A stretch of DNA of 63,185 nt, counting the filler. It is 6 parts of 6 records of this genome, joined end to end, with 100 filler letters (N's around TTAATTAATTAA, not from the genome) between each part and the next. Parts side by side here need not be neighbours in the genome. Positions count along the whole stretch, not along the records: positions 7,213 to 26,649 come from SRR20825019_1402; positions 26,750 to 37,642 come from SRR20825019_1403; 4 more parts are not named here. The stretch is one strand, 5' to 3'. Both the position numbers and the translations under genes were made by a program. The notes beneath the pieces are model-generated. The model made no database searches, was not told where the DNA came from, and was given only the letters and a program-made list of their open reading frames with translations. Positions 19,174-28,630 of the stretch are shown piece after piece; position 1 is the first letter of the stretch; every line of letters begins with the position of its first letter.

Positions 19174-19350
19174 ACTAGAAAAACAGTACCGGAGATAGTG
19201 CTTCTCTGATCTCAACAAAAGCAGGCGATAGCATAAGCCTCACTCCTTAATTGCGACGGTATTTGTCAGTAAGCCGGTCGTATTCGGCGTGGCTGCAAAT
19301 GTGTTTTACGTACATGCGATTATCACGAAATTCAATGAAGGCAATCAGCC

Positions 19351-19575
19351 TTAAATTGAAAGCCATAACAACAAGCCGGCAACCACGACAAAAAGCACGG
19401 CAACATGAACAGCCAGGTTCTTCCGAGTCGTTGGAGCGGGCTTTCTGGCGAAACGAAAATAGTCGTCACCAAACAGCCCAACGCCGCAGCCCTCACAGTA
19501 GTTTTTTGAGTACGAAAGCCTCAGCTCGGATGGCTCAAACTTTTTCCGACAGCTGTAGCAACTCGGCTTGATCAT
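19351..19575 (-). CDS. Small Zn-ribbon protein with a C-terminal TM anchor
   Basis: CYSC...CEGC plus hydrophobic tail; ATGA overlap with the upstream gene. Confidence 0.65.
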   Translation of the reverse strand: MIKPSCYSCRKKFEPSELRLSYSKNYCEGCGVGLFGDDYFRFARKPAPTTRKNLAVHVAVLFVVVAGLLLWLSI

Positions 19576-20024
19576 TCCGGGCTCCGGGCAGAGCCGTGTT
19601 CGGTCAACAATCGGCAACTCCCCACCGCCTGCGCCTGCAGATACTCACAAAACGCCGTCACATCGGAATTTGTGAACTCACTGGAAATGAACTCACCCGG
19701 AATCAGCCCTTCATCCCATCGAGACGTCACCAAAGTATGGGGATACGCCACATCGTCGCCGGGATAAATCTGCACCACCGCTTGGGTCTGGTGAATATAT
19801 AGATCGCGAAGTTCTTTGGCACACCGAAGCGTACTCAGATCATGCCTGGCATCACACTCATAGTCCTTCCCGATGAAGAACTCACTGGCAACGGAAAACA
19901 GCGTGTTTTCATCCAGAGCAGACGACGGCGCCGGATGAATGGTTCTGGCGACATCGCCGGCCATGTTGGTACAGCCGGCGATTAACAACAGCAATGGAAT
20001 CACCAACACCTGAATCTTATTCAC
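19572..20024 (-). CDS. Hypothetical lipoprotein
   Basis: From GTG 20024: MNKIQVLVIPLLLLIAGC lipobox. Confidence 0.7.
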   Translation of the reverse strand: MNKIQVLVIPLLLLIAGCTNMAGDVARTIHPAPSSALDENTLFSVASEFFIGKDYECDARHDLSTLRCAKELRDLYIHQTQAVVQIYPGDDVAYPHTLVTSRWDEGLIPGEFISSEFTNSDVTAFCEYLQAQAVGSCRLLTEHGSARSPE

Positions 20025-20034
20025 AACAGCGCCT

Positions 20035-20119
20035 GACCACTTAATTTTTTCGATTGGCATAACGTTTTCTGCAACGGTTTGAGGTAGGCCATTATAGCCA
20101 GCAGCGGCACTGACTCCAG
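20035..20119 (-). pseudogene. Relic of the slyD promoter and first codons
   Basis: Aligns to 14622-14711; keeps the TATAAT box and MPIEK codons, then a 1-nt deletion breaks the slyD frame. Confidence 0.85.
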
Positions 20120-20270
20120 AAGCCAGCGATCGGAACACCTCGGCTCAACCTGGTGAACAGGAGAGTATGCCGCCCTCTCCAGAGAGAGCCAGGTCTATCG
20201 CGGCCATCCACCTTATGCAACAATGATATAACAATATTCTATTTAGATAACATTGTAAGGAAACAGAACG

Positions 20271-20831
20271 ATGAAAAGGATTTTGGCATGCACCTTTATT
20301 TCGGCATTAATGGTCGGTTGCGGAGGCGGCGGAAGTGGGAGCGATCTGGAAAAAACCAACGAAAATACCACTCCCGGTTCAGGTTCGTCTGACGGGAACG
20401 ACGATAGCGACCCCGTGACGCCACCCGATCAAGTCACGGTACTCGAGGGCACCTGGAAGAAACCATGCGGGCACGTGGAGGGCGAAGCACACTACGATAT
20501 CGTAACGGTCTCTTTCACCCGCAGCGCATTTGCCACAAGTATCGAGAACTACATCGATAGCGCTTGCACCACCCCGTTACCGGAAGCTCCAAATCCTACC
20601 TCATCAGGCAACTTCACACTGGGTGAAGACGTTTTACTGAGTTCCGGCCTCACCGCTACCGAACTCACGTCGCATGTGACTCAGTTCAATGGCGCCGACT
20701 TCGAGATCGACGAGTACAATGTCGTTTACATCAACAACAATATTCTCTACACAGGAGAAGGCACAACCAGTTCGCCAGACCAGCGGCCAACCAGTCTCGA
20801 TTATGATCGTCCATTCTATCGACTGAACTAG
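20271..20831 (+). CDS. Hypothetical lipoprotein
   Basis: LMVGCGGGGS lipobox and linker; AAGGA RBS. Confidence 0.8.
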   Translation: MKRILACTFISALMVGCGGGGSGSDLEKTNENTTPGSGSSDGNDDSDPVTPPDQVTVLEGTWKKPCGHVEGEAHYDIVTVSFTRSAFATSIENYIDSACTTPLPEAPNPTSSGNFTLGEDVLLSSGLTATELTSHVTQFNGADFEIDEYNVVYINNNILYTGEGTTSSPDQRPTSLDYDRPFYRLN

Positions 20832-21024
20832 GTTATTTGCCCAGGGGCGGGAATGACTCACCCTGCCCAGCCTGCCCAAGAGATTTTACGAAATTTTACT
20901 CCGGTTGCCGCTTCGGTACATAGCAAGCCCACCAACGCTCAGCTACCATGGCCCGCTGCTCTGAGCCCAGGCTCAATGGCAGGCAATACCCCAAAATAAT
21001 CAAATAAGTAAGAAGGAACCTACC

Positions 21025-21576
21025 GTGCGAAACGCAAGGATTCTGGCGGTGCTAGCCGCTCTGCTCTACCTCACCGGCTGCGCCTCCGGCGCCAAAATGG
21101 GCAACATGGTGTACGACGGGCAAGTGAAGCCCTACGACGCGGCCCTGCAAAACAATGTGGATGTCACCAACGTGTCGGGCGGCGAAGAGACCAACCCCGC
21201 ATGGACCTCCGAGATCGACAACAACGCATTCGCTGGTGCTCTGAAGCAAACCCTGCAGAAACAAGGTCTGCTAGCCGGTTCTGGCCGCTATCAGCTTGAA
21301 GCGCTCCTGCTGGAAGTTGACCAACCCGTCTTCGGGCTGGACTTCGAGGTAACCACCCACGTGAAGTACATCCTGACCGACCGTGAAAACAACGGCGCAG
21401 TCGTCTTGAATGAAACGATCACTGCCCCCTACACCGCCACCATTGGCGATGCCTTCGCTGCCATCAAGCGCCTGCGACTGGCCAACGAGGGATCCGGAAA
21501 AGCCAACATTCAGGGCCTGGTTGAGAAACTCTCTGAACTGCAAATCCAGCCCGGCAACATCTCGCTGGCGCAATAA
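21025..21576 (+). CDS. Hypothetical lipoprotein
   Basis: LTGCASG lipobox; GTG start with AAGGA RBS. Confidence 0.8.
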   Translation: MRNARILAVLAALLYLTGCASGAKMGNMVYDGQVKPYDAALQNNVDVTNVSGGEETNPAWTSEIDNNAFAGALKQTLQKQGLLAGSGRYQLEALLLEVDQPVFGLDFEVTTHVKYILTDRENNGAVVLNETITAPYTATIGDAFAAIKRLRLANEGSGKANIQGLVEKLSELQIQPGNISLAQ

Positions 21577-21942
21577 CTTTCCTGGAATTCAGCACTTCTA
21601 CAATGCACTTTCTGGGCATCGACGCCACGCAGAAAGACACCACCGTCCGGGCACTGAACCAGCTTGCCCTGGCGAACGAGAACGACCTTGAACTGGCTAA
21701 AACGATCATTGAGGTTTACGACGTTCAGTAAGGCGCCAAGAGCCACTTTCGAAACCGGGGCAGGCCTATTCTTCAAACCACGAAGATAGATCTGTCCCGG
21801 CTCTCTCGATTCAGAAAATTATACCTGCCTATATCACCGCCCCCACAAGCGTGCTAAAAATCTCCTCCCAGCGATAGCCTGGGCATTCTCCTCGCCAGGT
21901 TCTCAGTCTGTCAGATAAATTATTCTTCAAAGGACGGTGACT

Positions 21943-22383
21943 ATGATTGTATGTGGAGTTGAACTGACGGGCAGCGATGCGGTGGTGTGTTTGCTGAATA
22001 TGGACAGAGGGCAGTTCAATCTGCCGGAGTGCAAGGTGCGCAAACTGTCTCTGCCGAAAAACCATAGCCGTGAAGACCTAAAGCGGTTCCAGGCGGCCTT
22101 TGCGGAGTTAATGGCCGAGTACGGGATCACCCGTGTCGCGATCAAGGAGCGGATGCCGAAAGGCAAGTTTGCAGGCGGTGCCATCAGCTTCAAATTGGAA
22201 GCGGCCATTCAACTGATCACGGATACAGAGTTAACCGTGACCCTGCTACCACCGGCACTAATCAAATCCACCCTGGCATCTAACCCGCTGCCGATTGCGT
22301 TTGCCGATACGGGTTTGAAGGTCTTTCAGGAAGCGGCCTTTATCACTGCTTATGTAGGACAGCTGCATCGTCATTGCACCTGA
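21943..22383 (+). CDS. DUF3010-like protein
   Basis: MIVCGVEL...IKERMPKGKFAGGAISFKLEAAIQL. Confidence 0.75.
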   Translation: MIVCGVELTGSDAVVCLLNMDRGQFNLPECKVRKLSLPKNHSREDLKRFQAAFAELMAEYGITRVAIKERMPKGKFAGGAISFKLEAAIQLITDTELTVTLLPPALIKSTLASNPLPIAFADTGLKVFQEAAFITAYVGQLHRHCT

Positions 22384-22442
22384 CAGTGTGCATCTGGCTG
22401 CAAAAGCGACCGTCCCTGGTCGCTTGCCAAAGTATCAACGAT

Positions 22443-23969
22443 TTATTTCACCAGATGAGATCCGCGATATTCCATATCGCTCTTGAACTTACCAAGGCCT
22501 TTACCTTTATCAGTGCCGTTAACCGCAGAGGTGGTCATGGCGAAGGTCATCACCGAATGGGCGACAGCATCCGACATCTCGTCCAGCGCCTGCAGGCTTA
22601 TATTATCGAAGGTGTCACAGGCAAGGTGGTAACAGGGGTCGTATTGATCCCCCGCTGTACCGCCATACAGAGCAGCTTCGTCCGGTGTCTTGATCCCTTC
22701 CGCGCCGGTGAAGAGCCCGCCCGCAGGAATGCCGACCTCGATAAACGGCCCGTAGTCGGAGCGGCCGTCGAATGCCGTGGGCTCAACCGGTAAGGACATC
22801 GCTGCGAAGTAATCCAGGAAGACACTTTCGATGTTCTTCGAACCGTTCGGGCCTGCCAGCGGGGTATCAGAGCCATCACCGTCGTAAACAAAGCGGACAA
22901 AATTCGGTGAACCTATCATGTCGAAATTCAGGTTCAGCGCAATGTCCTTGATGTCTCGCGGGCTCAACTGATCAACATAGTGTTGTGCACCCAGTAAGCC
23001 GGCTTCTTCCGCACCCCACCAGGCAAAGCGAACCTGATTTCTCGGGCTGATTTGCTGGTTTGCCATCTGAATCGCAATCTCCAGAATGGCCGCGGAGCCA
23101 CTGCCGTTATCCTGGATACCGGGGCCTTCAGCGACGGAGTCAAGGTGGGCGCCCACAACAACAACCCGGTCGTCCCGGCCTGCCGGCGAGTTGGCAATTA
23201 CGTTTGAGGTGGTGCGGATTTCCGAGCTGGCGTCTACCACGAGATTCACTTCAACACCGCCGCCGGCAAGCTCAATTCCGACCTCAAATGCGGCCCCCAC
23301 CACTGGAACAGTAATACCGGGGCCACCGAGCGTTCCCAGAAAGTTATCTGTGCGCCCGGGCTGACCTTCATTGAAAATAATGACTCCGCTGGCACCGGCG
23401 CTTTCGGCATTCAGTGCCTTCTGGCCAAATGAACAGGAGCCCCTCTGGATCAGTGCGATGTTGCCGGCAGTAAAACCGGCGAAATCCGTTGCTTCACAGC
23501 CACTGGTTGAGGTGTCGGCCGCCGTTCCGGGTGGTAATGCCAGGTCCACACCCTCGACCACGGCCGTTACATTGCCACTGCCGGAATACGTCATGGTGGC
23601 AAAGCCGTCGAGGCCGAAATACGTGTAGACAGTCGGATTGGGGCTTATCTGCTCCAGAGTGGCGGGTACGTTTTCCTCAAAGAATGGATAGTCAAACTGT
23701 TGGATGGTTACGTCATACCCAACAGAGGTCATCTGGTCGACAACATAGTCCACCGAGGCCTGGTAGCCGGGCGATGAAGCTTCTCGGGTTCCTCCATTGT
23801 CGTCTGCTGCTGCCTGGAAGGCAGCCTGGTGACTGCGAACACCTTCAACAGTAACGGCTTCTCGAAGGGTATAGGTATCAACGCTGGTAGCGGCGAAGAC
23901 AGGTAAGCCGGTCGCTGCTGCGACCACTGCAATGGCAAGAGGTGTACGATTAAACCTGATGTTTAACAT
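22443..23969 (-). CDS. Secreted M28 aminopeptidase with PA domain
   Basis: Signal peptide; PA domain IALIQRGSCSF; GAHLDSV, GIQDNGSG, AEEAGLLG, NFDMIGS, RSDY, CYH. Confidence 0.93.
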   Translation of the reverse strand: MLNIRFNRTPLAIAVVAAATGLPVFAATSVDTYTLREAVTVEGVRSHQAAFQAAADDNGGTREASSPGYQASVDYVVDQMTSVGYDVTIQQFDYPFFEENVPATLEQISPNPTVYTYFGLDGFATMTYSGSGNVTAVVEGVDLALPPGTAADTSTSGCEATDFAGFTAGNIALIQRGSCSFGQKALNAESAGASGVIIFNEGQPGRTDNFLGTLGGPGITVPVVGAAFEVGIELAGGGVEVNLVVDASSEIRTTSNVIANSPAGRDDRVVVVGAHLDSVAEGPGIQDNGSGSAAILEIAIQMANQQISPRNQVRFAWWGAEEAGLLGAQHYVDQLSPRDIKDIALNLNFDMIGSPNFVRFVYDGDGSDTPLAGPNGSKNIESVFLDYFAAMSLPVEPTAFDGRSDYGPFIEVGIPAGGLFTGAEGIKTPDEAALYGGTAGDQYDPCYHLACDTFDNISLQALDEMSDAVAHSVMTFAMTTSAVNGTDKGKGLGKFKSDMEYRGSHLVK

Positions 23970-24225
23970 TGTGTAGCTCCTTGCTGCGTTTTTTTATCTT
24001 TCCCTGGATACCCCTCGCGTCTCGTCGCAGAATCAGCTGCGACGAATCAAGCGTATCAGGTTTCTTCCGTTCCGCCAGTTTCAGCCATCAGGCTCAACTA
24101 TCTTTCAGACAACACGCATAGGAAAAGCCGGACCTGACCCGCAAAATGATTTATGAGGACTAGGCCCCTGGACTTCCTCCAGCAGGTCGGCCTGACCGAC
24201 AGACGGATCGCAGACCTTCCGGCCC

Positions 24226-25494
24226 CTAGGACAGCTGTTCCTGCGGCACCTCCTGGCTTGAGCCTGACTCTACCGCCTCATATTTATCCTCAGAACGGGC
24301 AATCACCGAAGTGCACACCAGATCCCCGGTGACGTTCATCGCCGTGGCCCCCATACCCACAAGGGCATCGATGGACACCAGCAGCGCTACGGTTTCAATG
24401 GGCAGGCCCACCTGGGCAAACACCGTAGCAATCATCACGATACCCGCACCCGGCACACCGGCCGTACCGATAGAGGCCAGAGTGCCGATCAGAACGATTT
24501 CCAGCATGGTGACAAAGTCCAGGGGCACCCCGATCACATTGGCCGCAAAGGCTGCAGAAATCGCAATGCGGATGCCGGCTCCGTCCATGTTGATGGTCGC
24601 GCCCAGCGGCAGGCTGAAGCCATAGATACTCTGGGGAACACCCAAACGCCGAGCCGCGTTCAGGGTCAGGGGCAGCGTCCCGGAGCTGCTCTGGGTGGCA
24701 AAGGCCGTGGCGACCGGAGCCCGGGCCTCACGAACAAAGTCCATAAGGTTAACGCCATTTAGACGCATAAGAACCCCGTAGACCACCAGCTGTACCGCCA
24801 GGGCGATGTACAACACCATGACCATATCCCCGAGGGCCAGTATCGTGTTCATGCCCTGCTCACCTGCAGTGCTGGCCACAATCGCAAACACACCAATCGG
24901 AACATACTGGAGCACCCCGGCCATCACCTTCATGGTGACCTCATTCAGGCCAGATACCACACCATACACTCGCTCAGCGACTTCGCCGTGAGCCTTTGAC
25001 TCCCGCAGCTTCAACAGTGCAATACCAAAAACAATCGCGGTGAAGATAATCCCCAGCAGGTTCGGCTCGGCGAATGCCTCAACCATGTTGGTGGGAACAA
25101 TGTTCAGAAGTACCTGGATAAAGCCCGGATTCTCCGGCACTTCGACACTTTCCGAAGACGTCAATTCCAGGCCACTGCCAGGCGAGAAAGCAGACGCTAC
25201 ACCCAGCCCCACCGTGATCGCCAACGCCGAAGTCAGCACATAGAAGCCCAGCATCTTCCGGCCCACACGCCCCATACTGCCAAGATTGGCCTGATTGATT
25301 CCCACCATCAGGGTTAACAGGACAATCGGCACAACCAGGAACTTCAGCAACCGAAGCAGCAGTTCTCCCAGAGGGTCCAGCCATTCGGCCACCGCTGGCC
25401 CGCCCACCAGTCCTACAACCAGACCAAGAACAAGCGCAATACCAATGCGCAGCACCAGCGAAGTATTCAGATAGGCATCAAGTACAGCTTTCAT
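24226..25494 (-). CDS. Dicarboxylate/amino acid:cation symporter (DAACS/GltP family)
   Basis: FATQSSSGTLP, LPLGATINMDG, SIGTAGVPG; start ATG 25494. Confidence 0.93.
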   Translation of the reverse strand: MKAVLDAYLNTSLVLRIGIALVLGLVVGLVGGPAVAEWLDPLGELLLRLLKFLVVPIVLLTLMVGINQANLGSMGRVGRKMLGFYVLTSALAITVGLGVASAFSPGSGLELTSSESVEVPENPGFIQVLLNIVPTNMVEAFAEPNLLGIIFTAIVFGIALLKLRESKAHGEVAERVYGVVSGLNEVTMKVMAGVLQYVPIGVFAIVASTAGEQGMNTILALGDMVMVLYIALAVQLVVYGVLMRLNGVNLMDFVREARAPVATAFATQSSSGTLPLTLNAARRLGVPQSIYGFSLPLGATINMDGAGIRIAISAAFAANVIGVPLDFVTMLEIVLIGTLASIGTAGVPGAGIVMIATVFAQVGLPIETVALLVSIDALVGMGATAMNVTGDLVCTSVIARSEDKYEAVESGSSQEVPQEQLS

Positions 25495-25602
25495 GGAGGC
25501 TCCCGTTATACCCTGGCCCGTTAGTGAGCAGGCATTCAAAAACGTAAGGGCGAGGATTCTGGTCAGTACCGGCTCGTTGGTAAACCGGTATTGCCACGTA
25601 CT

Positions 25603-25677
25603 TTACTCACAGAAGCTGTGGATAAGTTTGTTGGAAACCTAGGGTTAAATACCCATAAGCCTTGTGCCACAAGGCTT
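25603..25677. promoter_or_regulatory. DnaA-box pair plus palindrome
   Basis: TTACTCACA (25603) facing consensus TGTGGATAA (25617); perfect 10-bp inverted repeat AAGCCTTGTG-C-CACAAGGCTT at 25657-25677. Confidence 0.55.
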
Positions 25678-25785
25678 CGGGGAATCTGGTGCAATTATGG
25701 GCTATACGCGGGTGGTATATGGATATGAAGAATCCGTCTCAGCAGGGGGAGCCTGTTCCGGTTTTCCGTTTAGGCGAGGCTTTTT

Positions 25786-26409
25786 CTACCAAGCTTCTAG
25801 CTCTCTCCCAACGTCCCGATAGAACTCTTGATTCCGCGATTCCAGAAACTCAGCGAATTCAAAAGCATCAAAGCCGTGGAAATCCTTTTCTGGACTATCA
25901 ATCGGCAACCCCGGATCCGCCCCAAGCTTTAGCAGTGCGCGGAGATAGTCAGTATCGGCGTACAGTAATGCCTCATGCACCGGTGTGAACCCATTGTAAT
26001 AGCCGTTAACAGGCTCGCCCCTTGCCGCAAAATGTCGAAGCAGCTCGTAACCACGGCGCTTCATGATAGAGCCACTATCGTGCCTATCCAACGACGCGCC
26101 AACGAAATTGACCAGCGGTTGCGAACAGCCGCTCATCGCGCTCGTCACTTTACCGCAGCGTTCATACGGCCAGTCGAAACGCGTCAGAAGCCAATAGGCC
26201 GCTGCAGGCCGGATTGCCAGGCTATCGGAATCGAAAGGGCTCCAGGGCATTTCCTCAGGATCAAGAAGCGCAATGATGGTCAGGCCCCAAGCATCGGAAC
26301 CAAAAACCCAGGTGCGATAGATCATTGGGAATAAAGTCAGGGTAATGGCCAGCACCACGCCGCCAATAGTGAATGCCTTTTTGTGGCTCAGAAAATATGT
26401 AATAAGCAC
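25786..26409 (-). CDS. Membrane-anchored protein with an ankyrin-like repeat
   Basis: N-terminal TM helix; GFTPVHEALLYADTDYLRALLKLGADP; GGAGGA RBS before GTG. Confidence 0.7.
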   Translation of the reverse strand: MLITYFLSHKKAFTIGGVVLAITLTLFPMIYRTWVFGSDAWGLTIIALLDPEEMPWSPFDSDSLAIRPAAAYWLLTRFDWPYERCGKVTSAMSGCSQPLVNFVGASLDRHDSGSIMKRRGYELLRHFAARGEPVNGYYNGFTPVHEALLYADTDYLRALLKLGADPGLPIDSPEKDFHGFDAFEFAEFLESRNQEFYRDVGRELEAW

Positions 26410-26471
26410 GTCGCTCCTCCGTGAGCTGTGAGAGATAGGTTTTTACTCCCTTAATATTCCGAAGCTTTCCT

Positions 26472-26648
26472 TTATAAAAGCAGTCCAACTATCAAAAGAA
26501 CGACAAAGCACCCGTACAGCAGCAACGGCGGCAGCAATGCCCATAAGGTCAATCGAACAGGCAATCGAGTTGATATATCCCCAATATGCGCAGCTGAGCG
26601 ATTCAGCCGGCTAGAGGGCACAGACCGAAGCACAAGAAACGTAAACAC
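26472..26648 (-). CDS. 3' fragment of a membrane protein (cut by contig end)
   Basis: Manual translation ends ...LTLWALLPPLLLYGCFVVLLIVGLLL*. Confidence 0.45.
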   Translation of the reverse strand: MFTFLVLRSVPSSRLNRSAAHIGDISTRLPVRLTLWALLPPLLLYGCFVVLLIVGLLL

Positions 26649-26649
26649 G

Positions 26650-26749
26650 NNNNNNNNNNNNNNNNNNNNNNNNNNNNNNNNNNNNNNNNNNNNTTAATTA
26701 ATTAANNNNNNNNNNNNNNNNNNNNNNNNNNNNNNNNNNNNNNNNNNNN
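26650..26749. other. Artificial contig linker
   Basis: N44-TTAATTAATTAA-N44. Confidence 0.99.
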
Positions 26750-26796
26750 ACGCATCGTGCTTTCCGAAAATCGATCCCGCTTTTCGGGCTGATCCG

Positions 26797-28233
26797 CTAG
26801 GCAACGCGGGAAAGCTTCGGACGCGAGCGCTCCGAAAGGGCACGATGCAGCGCCACAATCACCGGCTTCAGGGCATCACGGTCGACGATGAACTGGACGT
26901 CGACATTGCGCGGCCCCTGGGTTGCACCGATGGCCTCATGTCCTGCCTCGGCAATTGCCTGCAGTCCACGCGTAAGCACCGACAGACCCGAAAGGTCACG
27001 ACCAACAACCGATGCCATCGCAATCGACCGCGATGAAATTTCAGCCGATGGATAACGTGCCTTCAGATCCTTCTCGACCCGGCGCAACACCTTCAACGAA
27101 CTATCCACATAATGCGTAATCGTGTTGGCGTTCGAAACCTTTGAGACAATCCGCACCCGGTGGCGCGTCAGCACATCAAGGATCGCGGCATCATAGCCTT
27201 TGACACCGACCATATCCTGTTCGAACAGCTCCATTGCATAGAGGTCGAGACCGGTGACAATTTCAACACCCGGCGCTTCGGCAGGTTGATCGTCGATCAG
27301 CGTACCCGGATCATCCGGTTCAAAGGCATTGGTCACGCGCAGCGGCACGGCGGCGCGGCGAAGCGTCTTTGCAGCCTTGGGATGGATCGCTTCCATGCCA
27401 AGGTTTGAAAGCTGATCGGCCACATCATAATTGGTACGACCCAGCTTGCGAACGGCATCCGCCCCTACCAGTGCCGGATCGGCAGAGGAAAGATGGAACT
27501 CCTTGTGAATGATGGCTTCACTGGCGCCCGTCAGAGCGGCAAGCCGTGAAAACGTCACCTCGGAATAACCACGGTCAAACTCGTTCATAAGCCCTTCTGC
27601 GCACTGCGCATAGCCGGTTACGATTGGCATTTCAGTTGCCGGATCGACACCGTTCATACCTTCGCGAATGCGCTCTTCGAGGCTCACATTGCCCTCGTCG
27701 CGCCAGCCGGAAAGATCAACAAAACGGGCATTCACACCGGAACGATGCAACAGCAGCGTCGTGACGAAAGCCGAATGCGCCTCTCCCAGCCCGGACAGCA
27801 GTTCGCGGATCTGGCTCATATGTTCAGACAGCCGGAAATGGCCATATGAGCAAAGACGCTGCAGATCGATCAGGCAGTTGCGCGCGCCTAAAATACGATC
27901 CTGCACAAATGCGTCAGCTTGTTCGATATCAGCCGCATTATCGAGAACCTTGCGATGCGCTTCGGTCATGGCAGCCGCGACAGTGTCCAGACGATCATGC
28001 CAACCATGGCCGGTCTGGTCGTTGACGAAGGCGGCATAGACTCCGGGCTCATCGGACTTTTTGTGCTCCAGCAGAAGATTGGTGATGCCACCAAACGCCG
28101 AGACGACGAAAATACGACCGTAAAGGTCCTTGTTCTTGCGCGCACCGATAATCAGCGTATCGCGCAATTCGTCGATGCGGGACATCGATGTCCCGCCGAT
28201 TTTTTCTACAGTATGGGCCATGGGTTCAGGCAT
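26797..28233 (-). CDS. ask: Ectoine-associated aspartokinase (Ask_Ect)
   Basis: [40 protein letters not shown]; last gene of the ect operon. Start is 28233 or 28221. Confidence 0.92.
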   Translation of the reverse strand: MPEPMAHTVEKIGGTSMSRIDELRDTLIIGARKNKDLYGRIFVVSAFGGITNLLLEHKKSDEPGVYAAFVNDQTGHGWHDRLDTVAAAMTEAHRKVLDNAADIEQADAFVQDRILGARNCLIDLQRLCSYGHFRLSEHMSQIRELLSGLGEAHSAFVTTLLLHRSGVNARFVDLSGWRDEGNVSLEERIREGMNGVDPATEMPIVTGYAQCAEGLMNEFDRGYSEVTFSRLAALTGASEAIIHKEFHLSSADPALVGADAVRKLGRTNYDVADQLSNLGMEAIHPKAAKTLRRAAVPLRVTNAFEPDDPGTLIDDQPAEAPGVEIVTGLDLYAMELFEQDMVGVKGYDAAILDVLTRHRVRIVSKVSNANTITHYVDSSLKVLRRVEKDLKARYPSAEISSRSIAMASVVGRDLSGLSVLTRGLQAIAEAGHEAIGATQGPRNVDVQFIVDRDALKPVIVALHRALSERSRPKLSRVA

Positions 28234-28624
28234 TCTCCTCCGCCGGTGCGTAAGAACCATCTTCGCGATGCACTTCTGTGCCGGTGACCGGCGGGTTGAA
28301 GCAGCAGGCCATGACGAGTTCTTCTTCCGAGCGCAGAATATGGCGATCATGCTTGTCCAGCGCGTACATCACACCAGGCTTGATGGCATGCGTTTTTCCG
28401 GTCGCAATATCAGTGATCGAGCCCTTGCCGCTGATGCAGTAAACGCTTTCGAAGTGATGCTTGTATTCGAACGTATGTTCGGAACCGGCTTCGAGAATCG
28501 TGATGTGGAAGGAAAACCCCATGCCGTCATTGGCGAGCAACATGCGAATGGATTTCCACTTCGCATCTGCGACCACACGGCCCTGTTCGTTTTCCATAAT
28601 TTCGTTCAGGTCGCGTACAATCAT
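28226..28624 (-). CDS. ectC: L-ectoine synthase
   Basis: [39 protein letters not shown]. Confidence 0.97.
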   Translation of the reverse strand: MIVRDLNEIMENEQGRVVADAKWKSIRMLLANDGMGFSFHITILEAGSEHTFEYKHHFESVYCISGKGSITDIATGKTHAIKPGVMYALDKHDRHILRSEEELVMACCFNPPVTGTEVHREDGSYAPAEENA

Positions 28625-28630
28625 GAGGGG

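Noticed and set aside
20024-20138. Longer N-terminus (MPIEKIKW...) for the 19572 lipoprotein
   Set aside because: MPIEK derives from the slyD relic; GTG 20024 gives a normal lipoprotein signal peptide.
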